A DNA stretch of 64,000 nt from Oculina patagonica (lineage: Eukaryota). The position numbers and the translations under genes are program-made. Positions 51,008-63,062 of the stretch are shown piece by piece (positions within the stretch are counted from its first letter, which is position 1; each line of letters opens with the position of its first letter). The DNA lies in NCBI RefSeq assembly GCF_052425735.1, contig NC_135760.1:28883074-28947073 (forward strand). The letters are read 5' to 3'. Under the pieces are notes generated by a model, which worked only from the letters and a program-made list of their open reading frames with translations, made no database searches and was not told the origin of the DNA.

Positions 51008-51850
51008 AAATTGCGGAGGCCTAAAAAAGCGTCTGTGTTATGGCGTCATTAATTGTGTTCCAGTATCCTGCTGTTATCGGATTAAATTTCACACAAATTA
51101 TTATATCGGATATCCGGATGACCGAATTTGAATCATGCAGTTCCAAATATAACACAACAAACAAGGGAGATAGAAAATCATTGAGCTCAAGAGACAAAGC
51201 GCTAGATCGATAAAATGCAAGAAGCATAACATTTACAGCACAACATCTCTTTAACCAACCTTCTTCGTTCTCCAAGTACAGCTACAACAGTTTTCGGCGA
51301 AGCCAGACACAAATATTAATTAAAAATGTGTCATTCGTACAACACATTGTGCAACAGTATTAGTTAACGGCCAGGCCCAGAATCACAATTACCGTAATAA
51401 ATCCAAGAAGTCATTCGCCTTCACGAATAAATTTCAGAGCTTGTCCTTCCAAACCAAACATTTTAAATCGAAATGAGATAAGACAAACCGTACTAACGAA
51501 AGATGTGGCAAATTACAGAGGTTTCAAACTACAGCGCAGAAATTTTCAAGACCACGGTCTTCATTACGGCTCTTTCCAACTTGTCTTGGCTTTAAATAAT
51601 ACTGCATATTGTCGCCTTCAGAAACAAGTGAGATGCAAAAGGCTGTAAAGGTCGAATGTTCGCCGCACTCTAAAATAATTTGGAATGCCATAAGCTATCG
51701 CCCACATAAATTAAAGGCAATTATGAATGGTTTTTGTGTAAGGGCCAATCAGATCATTTCCCACACATTCTGGGGAAACTGCCCGCAGCGGAACACAATT
51801 AAGAACGCCATAACACAGACGTCCCCTCTGCAATTTTTTTGAGAGGAGCG
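51008..51850. mobile_element. ~840-bp element with ~60-bp TIRs (…GCGTCTGTGTTATGGCGTCATTAATTGTGTTCC…), in PIPOX-like intron 4
   Basis: 51020-51075 is the reverse complement of 51785-51842. ORFs 51021-51275(-) and 51609-51842(+) both end …NAITQT because of the TIR. A 45-bp motif 'tttttttgagRggagcgggacggctgtacacaggctag' recurs at 51838 and 55058. Confidence 0.5.
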
Positions 51851-52246
51851 GGACGGCTGTACACAGGCTAGTAACAATTTGTTGCTTGAATTTTCACAAG
51901 GTTAAAAAACATCCCAAAATAAAGGTGTTCCTCTTGAAACAAAGTGAAAGGAGTTGAAAAGGGTGAGTTTGTAAGAACGTTGACTAACAATAACAACTTT
52001 TTTTTTACTCCAGTTAAAAACAGCATAAAACACAGCAGGAGTTGCCATGGTAACAACAATGAATGCAAGCCAGAGACATTTGGCCTGGAATTTGAAGTGT
52101 AATGAACAGATTGAAGTGGTCCTGAGAGGCAGACTTAAATGGCATTGCTGCAAATCTGGTGATTCTCAACAATTACTTATGACTAGATTAGACATGCCAA
52201 TACTGATAATTAAACTAACATTAGGTTTGCATATTAAAGAGCTTAC

Positions 52247-52376
52247 CCACAGTTATGACTACACTTTTTGCTTTGTAAGAGCTCTTGGTTGTTTGTATTT
52301 TGACAACAGAACCAGGTTGAATATCTAGTACTTTCTCACCGTCATGCAAAATTCCACCAAATTCCACAAATTGTTG
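52247..52376 (-). CDS. PIPOX: PIPOX-like exon 4 QQFVEFGGILHDGEKVLDIQPGSVVKIQTTKSSYKAKSVVITV(G)
   Basis: Acceptor ttacaatttag|CAA and donor GTGG|GTAAGC. Matches '[44 protein letters not shown]'. Confidence 0.8.
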
Positions 52377-52890
52377 CTAAATTGTAAGAGAAAGAAATAC
52401 GGAATATCAACAGAAACCAATAAAAACCAATACCAGCACAAAGCATGTGTCTAAATTATTGCATAAGACCTAGATGAGATGAGTTATACAAGTATTCGGG
52501 GGGGGGGGGGGTGGCATGGTTTTGCTTCGCATTGACAGATACATTATTCGGTTCGTGAAATAATTGTTTTTAAAACAACTACCATTGATGTGCCATGAAA
52601 AAAACAAAGGTATCATGTTACAGCATATGCAAGAAAAGCAAAAGTATCTTATTACAAATGAACAAAAGTATTGTGTTACGGTTTTTAAAGGTGTTAGGAA
52701 CCCCCAGGACCGAATGCTGTCGGTGTCTCAACATCTAACTAAAAGTGAAGTAAAGCTGAAAAAGCATCATTCCTTTAATTGATCGGATAATCTTCCTCAG
52801 ATAGAAGGCCACCCAAAACCCAGAGTTCAATATGGAGTGTACACATGACTAGATTTCATACTGTATAACACAACAACATGCATGACTCAC

Positions 52891-53104
52891 CTGCAGTGTT
52901 TTAACGGCAAGACCTGCTTGGATAAGTCCACTAGAAGGCTCAAGTGCCCCATATTGATCTGATGATACAGTTAATCCTGGAAATCGCTTGTTAATCTCAT
53001 CTGCTGTAAGCTGTACACACTCTTGTCCTACATGTCGCACATTGGTTATTACCTTTGATACATCAGCAAAGGGCGGATCATCTATTGTCAATAAACCACA
53101 TTTC
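52891..53104 (-). CDS. PIPOX: PIPOX-like exon 3 (R)KCGLLTIDDPPFADVSKVITNVRHVGQECVQLTADEINKRFPGLTVSSDQYGALEPSSGLIQAGLAVKTLQ
   Basis: Acceptor ttttgaacag|G and donor CTGCAG|GTGAGT. Collinear with PIPOX '[45 protein letters not shown]…YAYKALRALQ'. Confidence 0.8.
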
Positions 53105-53482
53105 CTGTTCAAAACAAAAAAGGTTCAACTTTCATGTAATAGTTTTTACAGTATGCTACATAAAATCATAAGGAAACTATAGAAGATGGTTATTATAATT
53201 GTTAAGTTCTCTATTCAAGAGTCTTTATTCAACTTATGTACAATGGGTTATTCCAGAAAAAATACACACACCCCCAATGGATGGCAAGAGTTTTTGACCT
53301 CCCCCCCTTCTGACTGGATTTCCCAGACTGCTAGTACCCCCCTCCTTCCCAGATTTCCAAGCTCAAGGACCCCCCCCCCCCCAACCCGGAACTGGAACAG
53401 GCAATAGAAAGGACGTAACAATTCATCCAAAAGTGTTTTTTTGGAAAGAACAAAACAAACTCCAAACGAAAATCAAACAAAC

Positions 53483-53632
53483 CTGATAAGGGCTCTCCCA
53501 GATTTTTTTTTCAATTTCATCCCACATCTGAAATGCCTCTGGCATCAATGCAGCATGAAATGCTTCTGGATAACCATAGCGCACTAGCCTGCTATGACCA
53601 TGTGAACTGCCACGTGAATGGGGAAGTGGAAA
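53483..53632 (-). CDS. PIPOX: PIPOX-like exon 2 FPLPHSRGSSHGHSRLVRYGYPEAFHAALMPEAFQMWDEIEKK…; contains an A9 run (T9 on + at 53503-53511) with an apparent +1 frameshift
   Basis: Acceptor ttttatcag|TTT and donor TATCAG|GTTTGT. With nine A residues the exon exits in phase 0 (…IWESPYQ) and is out of phase with exon 3. With eight it reads …EIEKKSGRALIR|KCGLL, matching PIPOX 'EAGTQLHRQTGLL'. Confidence 0.75.
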
Positions 53633-54469
53633 CTGATAAAATGAATGCAATAATCAGGGCTTGTGAGTAACAGTAGCCAACTTGTCACGGGAGGAGAAAT
53701 AAGTTTTCGCTGGTATGTTTTGGGCTTTTACTAGCCAAAATGGCTGGTGAAAACTACAGGCAAACCACAAAAAAAAAAATAACTCTGATAGAACAGAACT
53801 CACAAGTACACTGTTGACATAAATCACAGAATATGGATAAGGTAAAGCAACTTTTCTCAGTCTTTTCCATGGCGAAAGTGACAACAATTATTACTGTAGT
53901 TGCATAAGAAATCAAGCATAATTATTATTATATCACTGTAATGTTGATCAGCCATCAGGTTGCAATTTTTATGAACAATGAGATCTAGAAGTCATGTATG
54001 TGAACTTTTTCAGAAAAAGTATTTGTTGTTGTGCCACCCTCCAAGTTAAGACCATTTTCATTTTAAGTCGCCATGACGACTAAAATTTTGGAACTGGCAA
54101 CTAAATTGGAACCGAAGATGCCAGCCTGGCGACTAAAATTGAGAAAAAGGATTGAAAGCATGAGCTTAATTTAGCGACTAAATTTTTCACCGGCGACCAA
54201 ACTTGAGCAGTCAGGGGTTAAGGGCCGTAACCCGTAACACCTGTTACGGCTGAGTTGACTCAATGTTACGGGTGAAAATGTTGATTGGTATTATGTTACA
54301 CTTGCACACAGAACAAAATGCTACGGGTGATAACTTTAATGTGACGGCTGCTTGAAAACTTAATGACAGCCCTACAATGGCCACTAAGGGAAAAAAAAAC
54401 TTGGAGGGTTGTTGTGAAAGTTAAGGAGTTATTTCTATGTTTGCAGGGGAGGGGAATAGTTGTTTCAGG

Positions 54470-54600
54470 GAAGCAGGAAAGCAGGGGTTGGTGCAGTGGT
54501 GAGAGCGCTCGCCTCCAACCAATGTGGCTCGGGTTCAATTCCAGCCCGGAATCAAAGGATTTTCAGAGTTTGAGTAGACAATCAGTGTGCTAACAACCCT
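54470..54600 (+). mobile_element. tRNA-derived SINE, family 2, + orientation (GGGGTTGGTGCAGTGGTGAGAGCGCTCGCCTCCAACCAATGTGGCTCGGGTTCAATTCCAGCCCGG)
   Basis: tRNA-like D-arm and T-arm (GGGTTCAATTCC) and acceptor-like ends. In PIPOX-like intron 1. Confidence 0.5.
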
Positions 54601-55141
54601 ACCCACTGCTTTGGTATATACTAATAATGTTTATACTAATAGTATACATGTAGTACCATAGCACCATATATCATTATGTAGTGCTTTAGCCACTTATCAA
54701 CAAGGCTATGCCCTGTGCAAATTCAATTTTATAGTTCTGTCATGTCATGAATGATGGTAATTATCTACAGAAAATGTCGGCAATATAATAGAAAATACTG
54801 TTTATCCAGAGAGCAAGTGTAACTAGCTGATGACAGGTATCTACTGTGTGCAAGTTTGGACCACCTTATACCCTCCCTTCCCTCCCTCCCACCCCACTCC
54901 CCGACTATGTTTCTGGAGAGCATGGTGATCTTGCACAGTGCTTTATTTATAAGCTTACTGATTTAGGCTTAAAATTCTGATCTGCCAAACGTCTCCTGCT
55001 AACCTCAGAAAAGACTTTATAATAAGCTTATAAAAAAAATCCGTCACTCCCCGATTTTTTTGAGGGGAGCGGGACGGCTGTACACAGGCTAGATCTGCTG
55101 CCTAGCCGTTTAAGATACAGAAACAACGTATACGGTAATAC

Positions 55142-55255
55142 CTGCTCCAAAAGAAGAGTCTTTTTCCCTCTTGAAGCGAGGTATCGAGCTGTCGAGCTTC
55201 CCTCCACACCAGCACCTACAACACATACGTCGAATAACTCTCCAGAAGCCGCCAT
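55142..55255 (-). CDS. PIPOX: PIPOX/sarcosine-oxidase-like FAD oxidoreductase exon 1 MAASGELFDVCVVGAGVEGSSTARYLASRGKKTLLLEQ
   Basis: GxGxxG FAD-binding fold. 38 aa exactly as in human PIPOX exon 1 ([38 protein letters not shown]). Donor CAG|GTATTA. Confidence 0.85.
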
Positions 55256-57084
55256 GTTGGCTCTAAAGAAACTGACCCTCGAGACCTCAACCGGCTGCTC
55301 GGTCAGCGGTGTGTCGCCCGAATTCTGGTAGGTACGTGGTGTATGGTCCTGAGTCCTGTCCTCTCGGTTCTCTGTCGGTTACAGTAGGGATACGGTAGTC
55401 GATACTGTAGGGATACGAGGCCGTGGATGGCTAAAAAAACTTTTTCCATTGCCCGTTTGCAAAATAATACAAGTTCGGCTGGTATTACTTTCTTTTTTAC
55501 TGTTTCTCTACAAAAGCGGTTAGGTCCGGACCAATTTTTTGACGGGTCCTTTTTTCTCTATCGTGTAAACGCACCTGTTTAATAAACGAGCAAGAGTGAT
55601 TAAAACATGAAGCGCAGTCAAGTGTTTTAGACTTGATAAATCACGATTAGTACAGCAGCTTGGTCCAAAAAAATTAGGCAAATTGTGCATTTTTACCTAA
55701 AATTATGAAACTGTGAAGCCACTGAGACCTAGCACCTCAGATTTGACCCATGACGTCACTAAAATGTCAATAACGTCACACCGTGAGAAATGTCTAGTAA
55801 AGCTTAAAATTTCTTACTGAAACGCTTAAGAGGAAAACTCGGCGTCTATTTGGTCGTATTAAAAAGCTTTCAATCATTTCATAAACTGCAAAGGAACATG
55901 GCTTAGTGCATTACCTAATAGATAGACTGGGACCTTTGACCTTGGTGACCATTTAATGTCAAATGGTTTGTTAACCTTACTAAAATGTTCGGAAAAATCT
56001 ATATTGTCGTAAAAGTTTGCAAGCACCTCATAAACTACTAAAACACACAACTAAATTGATTTTTGACTGCAGAAGAACAAAGCAGTACGCTTTGAGCTTA
56101 TTTGATGAGCCTCTACATTTGACCTTGGTCAGTGACCTTAAAATGTTAAAGAGAATAATAAGCCTTTCCGCTGGCTGTTTAAAATGATTTCGTGGCATAA
56201 CAAAAGCAGATCGTAGGCTGTTCCGAAAACGCGGAGTGCGGAGTGCGGAGTCCGAAAATGCGGAGTCTGTAAAAAAAAAAAAAAAAATGAGAATGCCTGC
56301 ATTGCCAGCTTTATGTACAATTTACCATTTCTGTGCACTAAGTGGAAGGGATAATGTATGAAGTGGATATTTCCTGTTTCTTTCTTATCAGTAGCATGTT
56401 TAACTTGCGACAATTGATTGTTGTTGACAAGAAACAGTTAGCCGCGTTAAACGGTTGCGTTTTTTACTTAAGACATTTCTATCTCCAGACAATAAGTTGC
56501 CGTTATTGTTTTGTCTTTTTGTTCATAGTTAGGGAATTTTCCATGCACTATGTATGGAAACACACGAGAATGAAAGCGTTTTTTGTGTAAACAACGAACC
56601 GAGACAGTGTACATCTAACCCGTATCAAAATATACAATGTTACTTTTCAGCAACAGATGTGTCATTTGTAGTGAAAAGCAAAAGCTATTGCAAGCTTGAC
56701 ATAACCATTACCAGTTATCACGATTGTCCTTGACACAGACGTGTTTCCATGACACCTGAAATAAACGGTTCCCAGGTTCCGAGTTCCCAGCGAAAAGAAC
56801 TTACAATCAAAAGAATTAGTATTCTTGCACTGAAAACATGATTTCAACCAAAAATGACATGTCCACAGATGGATGTAGATATCCACGGCACAAAGGCGGT
56901 TAAATGATTTTTGGGGAAATTTTTATTCCTCGCGAAGCGAGGCCGAAGGCCGAGCGTAGCGGGGTGTATAATTTTGTCCCTCAAAGGGCTCAGGCGGGAT
57001 GAAATCTCGTGTGGAGTTTACGGTCATGTATATATATATATATATTTGTGAGCTTGGTGTCTGGCGGAAATGACGTCACACGGC

Positions 57085-57172
57085 CGCCGCGCGCTGGTGG
57101 CCTAATGGTAAGGCGTCGAACTTGAAATCAGATCTTCGGGACTGAGGGCGCGGGTACGAATCCGGCTAGGGT
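57085..57172 (+). pseudogene. tRNA-Ser(TGA)-like pseudogene inside the left arm of the large inverted repeat
   Basis: GTGGCCTAATGGTAAGGCGTCGAACTTGAAATC closely resembles the tRNA-Ser D-arm and anticodon loop (CTTGAAA), but the anticodon stem and T-stem are broken. Followed by T13. Two further GGTTCGAATCC T-arm-like modules with T-runs follow at ~57205 and ~57330. Confidence 0.45.
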
Positions 57173-58922
57173 TTTTTTTTTTTTTCCTTATTTTTTTTGT
57201 GGGTTCGAATCCTGAGCCTTTCATTTTTATCGTTTTTCTTTTCGGATTAAAATAACACTGATTTCCACATAATACTCCCTCAACGCCTATTCAGGCTATA
57301 AACCTTTCATCGCCATCAGGGGCGCGCGGGCGGAGGGTTCGAATCCTCCTGCCGTTCGTTCTTCTTTTTTTTTTTAATGCCCTCAAATAAATGTCCAAAC
57401 TGCGACTATCCAATAATTTGTCGATGATTTTGAAAATAGCCTGCGCTTCCCAACGCTTTTTCCTCTTTACGAACCTGAAAGAGCCGCCATCTTCAAAGCG
57501 GAGTAGACCCTGGGAACGAGGGTGTCGCGGCCATGCCCGTTACTAATTTTTAACAAATATATCTTCCTGCCTACTGTGGAAAATTGAATATGTACAATGT
57601 TCAACTTCAAATAATCCACTCCTTATTTATAACACCACCCCCCCCCCCCCCGCCTCCCCAACCCAGAGCTTCGCGAGGCCCTGCGAGTCACGTATTACTA
57701 GTTTATTTATTTTTTGCTTTTTTATTAAGTGCTGCGGAGTAGCGTATCGTTGTTGTACATTTTTCTTTAATTTGAACTTCGTCTAGCATAAAAGGCGGAG
57801 TTGAAAAGTGCCACGTTGCTGATGGTTCTTTTAGAGAGTTTACTGTGTATTCGTGGAAAGCCAGGCGAAGCAACATGGCTTTAGGCTCTTTGGTAAAAAA
57901 GAAACTAAAGTTATTTGAAGTTTACGAGTAGTGATTCCAAAAAATTGGAAATACTGTTTGTTAATATTTCGTGAAACGTGAACTGCAGTCATTTTTGAAG
58001 AAAGAAATGGCCGCGGTCTGAACGATCCGCTTCACTGCTTCGGGCGAAGCTGTACAAAAATGGGATCAATTTAGGTTTCTGGGAAACTGCTCACCTACCC
58101 CTCCCCAAACCTAACATTTTGCCCAAAGCGATAAGTAAGGGTTAATGTTAGGTTTGGGGAGGGGTAGGTGAGCAGTTTCCCAGAAACCTAAATTGATCCC
58201 AAAAATGTGTATTATTTTTTTTAATATTTAGTTTAATATTTATATATTTTTCATTTTATTTTAATTTTTTTATCACACTTTTTTTATTTTATTTTATTTT
58301 ATTTTATTTATTTTTTTTTTTTACAGACTCCGCATTTTCGGACTCCGCACTCCGCACTCCGCGTTTTCGGAACAGCCCAGATCGTACAGTATACTAGTAA
58401 TACGTGACTCGCAGGGCCTCGCGAAGCTCTGGGTTGGGGAGGGGGGGGGGGGGGTGTTATAAATAAGGAGTGGATTATTTGAAGTTGAACATTAATTGAA
58501 TTGTACATATTCAATTTTCCACAGTAGGCAGGAAGATATATTTGTTAGAAATTTTATTTCAACGGGCCCGCGACACCCTCGTTCCCAGGGTCTACTCCGC
58601 TTTAAAGATGGTGGCTTTTTCTGGTTCGTAAAGAGGTAGAAAGCGTTGGGAAGCGCAGGCTATTTTCAAAATCATCGACAAATTATTGGATAGTCGCATT
58701 TTGGACATTTATTTGATGGCATAAAAAAAAAGAAGAACGAACGGCAGGAGGATTCGAACCCTCCGCCCGCGCGCCGCTGATGGCGATGAAAGGTTTATAG
58801 CCTGAATAGGCGTTTAGGGAGTATTATGTGGAAATCAATGTTATTTTAATCCGAAAAGAAAAACGATAAAAATGAAAGGCTCAGAATTCGAACCCACAAA
58901 AAAAAAGAAAAAAAAAAAAAAC

Positions 58923-59010
58923 CCTAGCCGGATTCGAACCCCCGACCTCAGGTCCGAAGATCTGATTTCAAGTTCGACGCCTTACCATTAGGCCACCAGC
59001 GCGCGGCGGC
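58923..59010 (-). pseudogene. tRNA-Ser(TGA)-like pseudogene, mirror copy in the right arm of the inverted repeat
   Basis: Reverse complement of the 57085-57172 unit with a few substitutions (GGGGGTTCGAATCC versus GCGGGTACGAATCC). Confidence 0.45.
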
Positions 59011-62000
59011 CGTGTGACGTCATTTCCGCCACACACCAAGCTCACAAATATATATAGAAATATATATGACCGTAAACTCCACACGAGATTTCATCCCGCC
59101 TGATCCCTTTAAGGGACAAAATTATACACCCCGCTACGCTCGGCCTTCGGCCTCGCTTCGCGAGGAAAAATATACACTACACACTGAACTGTGTTTTACG
59201 CTATTCCAAACAGTCGTGGACTTCTTGAGTAACAACAAGACTGTATCATTGATATTACTTGGCATCACTGCGATGGCTTCAAATGAATTGCTAGCTTATA
59301 GGAAACACAGTCATGAATTCCACAAGTCTTCTTACCACTTACCAATGAATGAAAAGAGGGTGTCGGGTGGGCATAAACGACAGGTACATCTACAGATCAA
59401 TGGAGTCACAGAGTTAATTTAGAAGAATTTACTAGCAAAGTAAAGGGTGTGGACAGGCGACTTCTTACGAGACCCTAGCAGTATTTCCTCTGTGTTGACG
59501 AAAGTAAAACGGAATTCTTCAGTTTTCTGTTCCAGCGAATTACAAGAATTCTATTTCATACTCGTCAATAGAAAGGAACCACTTCCAGTCTTCAGGAATC
59601 TCTGTTGTGAGCGTGTCATGGGTGACTTGTTTCATATAGTAAATTAATAAAGATGGTAAATTTTAAGCTCGGTAATAAATAATGAAGATGAAGTATTCAA
59701 CACTTTGCTAGGGGCTAAAAATTTCTACGCTCGTGGGTGAACAAAACGACCCATATCTGCTCTTTCGTGTAAGTTCGTAAGTTCAACTTCAATTTTCAAT
59801 CACTGTTCGTAAGAAATAGAGTTTCTGTCCCAAATATATATTAAACAAGGTATAATTAAACAAGGTATAAAGTTGAGGAAAGAATAGTTTTGTCAAATTA
59901 TCAAGAAAAAAAACGGTTTGATAGTTTAATTGAAAGACAGGGGCTTAAAGCTGCTCAGAATCACGGAATCACGTCTTAGAGGTTTCAACTTAGGAATGAA
60001 CGTTTATTCGTTTGTCTCACGATAGAATCGCTTTGAGATGGTTTCAACTTTTTCAAAATTTTCTGGGGGGCATACCCCCAAACACCCCTAGGGGCATGGA
60101 GCCTGCAGCTCATAAACTACAGCCTCGTGGCCATTTGGACTCCCACTTTGTAAAATTCTGCCTATAAGCCTGATACCCTCGGGCTTAAACAAGATAGTAA
60201 ACAAAAATATTTGTAAACAGCCACCCCCCTTTAAAATATCCTGGATATGCCCCTGAGAGTTTTTTATCAACTACCCGTCGAGTTGTCATTTGTTTCCTCA
60301 AGTTGAGTTCTTACAACTGTTTGGAATGAAGACATGTAAAACAGATGCCCATTTCCTCGCAATGTAGATTCTGGAAAAGGGTTAAGGATAACAGATGTAG
60401 TAATGTAACTAATGTACATGAGCACACTGTTGATACAGACGTCACTGTTGGCCATTGCTATATTTGGGAATATAATCACAATAAATTGTAGGAGGCTTTT
60501 GAGAGAAGAGCAAATTTAAAGTACATTCCTGTACACCAGATTGGTAAATTGAGTGAGCTACAGATGTACTTGTCTTTCATGTACAGTCAGGGAACGATAT
60601 TGTCTCTGCATTTAGTGTTTGGCAGTTCGGGAGTAATAAAAAGGTTCGGTTAATAGAACACATGGCTGAGATTTCCGGAAGTCACCAATGCATTTCACGA
60701 CACTCGATTTTCAATTGAGTGTCCTAAAAGCAAAACCAAAGTTTTTACTCTGGTCAATCACAAAGGACACAAACAATTTAGTCAATCGGAAGACGAAGCA
60801 AAACTGACAAGAAGCGTAGGAAAACCTGAAAACATGATCGTTTGAGTTTTACTTCTGATTGATCAAGAAAGAGACGCGAGTTTTTTTTTAATCAATCATC
60901 ACGCGTAGAAATGCAAAACCAAAGTAAACTTGAATTACTTACGACATTCAAATAAAAACCGCTGTAACGTTACAGTCCTGTTGTCACTGAAGAACTGTGG
61001 TGCTACTCTCTAAGCGCATTAACACGAGTCCATATCCTCAGCTTCCCGACCCCTCCAACAACTGGGGCTCAAAACAAAGCAATGGAGGGTGTAAAGCACC
61101 GTGCTCTGCCTTCGTAGAAGCTTCAGTTTTTCCTCTGACTTATATTTAAAGCTGCAAGAAGGGTTCCCGGAAAGGGTTGCACAGGACGATGCAAGTGTGT
61201 AAAAACATGTCGAGAGGTAATGTAAATAAATCATAAACGAGGCTGCAGCCTATTAGGTGGGAAATAAAGAAATAATAGATTTGGGTTTCGATGCCTGCTG
61301 AAATGCAAAATGGGAATTTAATTTATTTCAGTCTCACTCACAGTTTTGACATTGGCTCCAGACCTCTCGCTCTCGTTCGAAGACCGAGCGCGTTCGCAAA
61401 AGATACGACTGTATCTCTGCAGTCTACCCGTCTCACTTCAACAACCAGTTTCATTCTTCGACCTCATGCGATCAAGAGGGAAAATATTTTAATTTTTCCT
61501 GTCTACAATCCTTAAAAATAATGCGTAATTCTCATCCCACGAAAACAAGAGTTTCATTTTTGATTTACAATTGGGAATTTTTAATTCCCCATTCCCAAAC
61601 AACAACAGCAAAACAAGAACAAGCAAATTAGAAAAATTCAAACATCAGCCCTAAAAGAGGTCGCATTCACCTACGAGAGGTAGTCGCTGAGATGTTCCGA
61701 CTATTGTGTGGTATTTTGGAAAGTGGTCGCAAACAGGAGGAGGGTCGCACAGGGAACGTTTTACGGTGATGTAAGGGCCCCATAAAAGCCAAAATGAAAA
61801 ACAAAAAAAACACGATTTCGTGTCCAAGTTTGCAGATCGAATAGAAGACAGAAGTCTGCGATTTCATAAAAAAAAAAATGATTAGTCAGAGTGTGTTGTG
61901 ACAGAAAAGGTTTTTTTTTTTCAAAATTTGTCGATGTCAGCCGTTATACGTCGGCTTACGCGTTAATTAAATGCATTACGATGAACCCGGCTTTGGTTTC

Positions 62001-62057
62001 CCTTGCAACCTAAATGAAATTCATTGCGAAGTAGTTTTGAGGAAAACGCCCAGAGGG

Positions 62058-62487
62058 GGGGGGGGGGGTTCTACGGCTTGTAAATGACGGGGATGATCGA
62101 ATTGAGGCAAAACTCAGTACCCAAAAAAATCTCTAAGTCTTCCGACATTACTCAAAAAAAAATCCCTGGACCAAAAATAGCCCCCCCCCCCCCCAAAAAA
62201 AAATCCCTTGTCAAATTACCCCTAAATTGCCAGGAGGGGCAATAATATAACACAAAGACAATCATAAAAAAATGAACGCTCGTGTTTTTTTAATTCATCA
62301 TACCATAAATACACTAAGGCCAAGGCACTTTAGTTCGTTTTTAATACCCAAAAAATATCCCCTATTTAAATCAAGTCACCCCAAAAAATATTTGCCAAAT
62401 TTTCCAACCCAAAAAATCCCGAAATCGAACATTTCAAACCCCAAAAAATCCTTTGATCATCCCTGTCATTTACAAGCCGGAGTACAC
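62058..62487. mobile_element. MITE-like element with TIR GGCTTGTAAATGACGGRGATGATC and an internal ~35-50-bp periodic CCCAAAAAATCC minisatellite
   Basis: 62066-62090 is the reverse complement of 62452-62478. At least seven spaced copies of the CCC(A)6-9TCC motif lie between. Confidence 0.5.
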
Positions 62488-62848
62488 CCCTGGGGGAAAA
62501 CGTGCACAGATCAATGACCATCAATAGACATATTAGTATAAAATATTTGTATTTATATTAACATATACATGCTGAAATTGTAATAACTTAAAAATTTACA
62601 AGAAATTACAGCCATCTTCAAAGAACTTAACATAAATCCAATGCACTTAAAATTAAATGAGTGAAAAAATATCTCACAAGAGGCAAAAATGGTCAAAAAT
62701 AGGCTTGCACCCTGAATGCTATTGGTGAAATATCTAGAACATTCTAGAATATTTAGAACAGTCTTTGAAAACGACTGCGATTTGACGTCTCCATTCTGTT
62801 TGCTGTCCTTGCATTGATTAGTAGCCTGACCAGGCATGGGGATCTCTT

Positions 62849-63062
62849 CTAGCTTTTTAACCACTGATGAAATTGAAGGACATCCTTGCTTCTCTCTCCA
62901 TAGTCATATAGAAGCTCTTCTCCAGCTTTCACGTCCCTGACAGTTTCCAGTATCAAGTAAGGTTTGTCCTTTATAGACATTAGCTTCGTTGCACAGTTTG
63001 CATCAGTTCTGCTGTGATTCAAAAGCCGGCCAAGCCTGTCACTCTCTTTTGTAGCATCAACA
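62849..63062 (-). CDS. KMT5A: KMT5A-like terminal exon (C)VDATKESDRLGRLLNHSRTDANCATKLMSIKDKPYLILETVRDVKAGEELLYDYGERSKDVLQFHQWLKS*
   Basis: Acceptor caattcatag|T; the shared Cys codon is completed across the intron (tg+t). Near-identical to the SETD8 C-terminus '…RLINHSKCGNCQTKLHDIDGVPHLILIASRDIAAGEELLYDYGDRSKASIEAHPWLKH'. Confidence 0.9.

Larger units (their letters stand above)
56925..59170. repeat. Large inverted repeat: arms ~56925-57700 and ~58380-59170 (~780 bp each, >90% identical) around a ~680-bp spacer containing a perfect 57-bp hairpin (58062-58118 / 58142-58200); a second inverted pair (56212-56268 / 58320-58376) overlaps
   Basis: Direct reverse-complement reading of both arms (e.g. 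57661 acccagagcttcgcgaggccctgcgagtcacgtattactagt versus 58381-58430). Arms carry the tRNA-like modules and (TA)n. Confidence 0.8.

Noticed and set aside
60040-60280. Minus-strand ORFs 60088-60479 and the G/C-punctuated block 'ctggggggcataccccc…cctaggggcatggagcc'
   Set aside because: No coding signature or domain. Resembles the GGGG/CCCC-punctuated MITE-like family seen at 5340-5480, 6230-6540 and 7560-7740. Insufficient evidence for a discrete feature.
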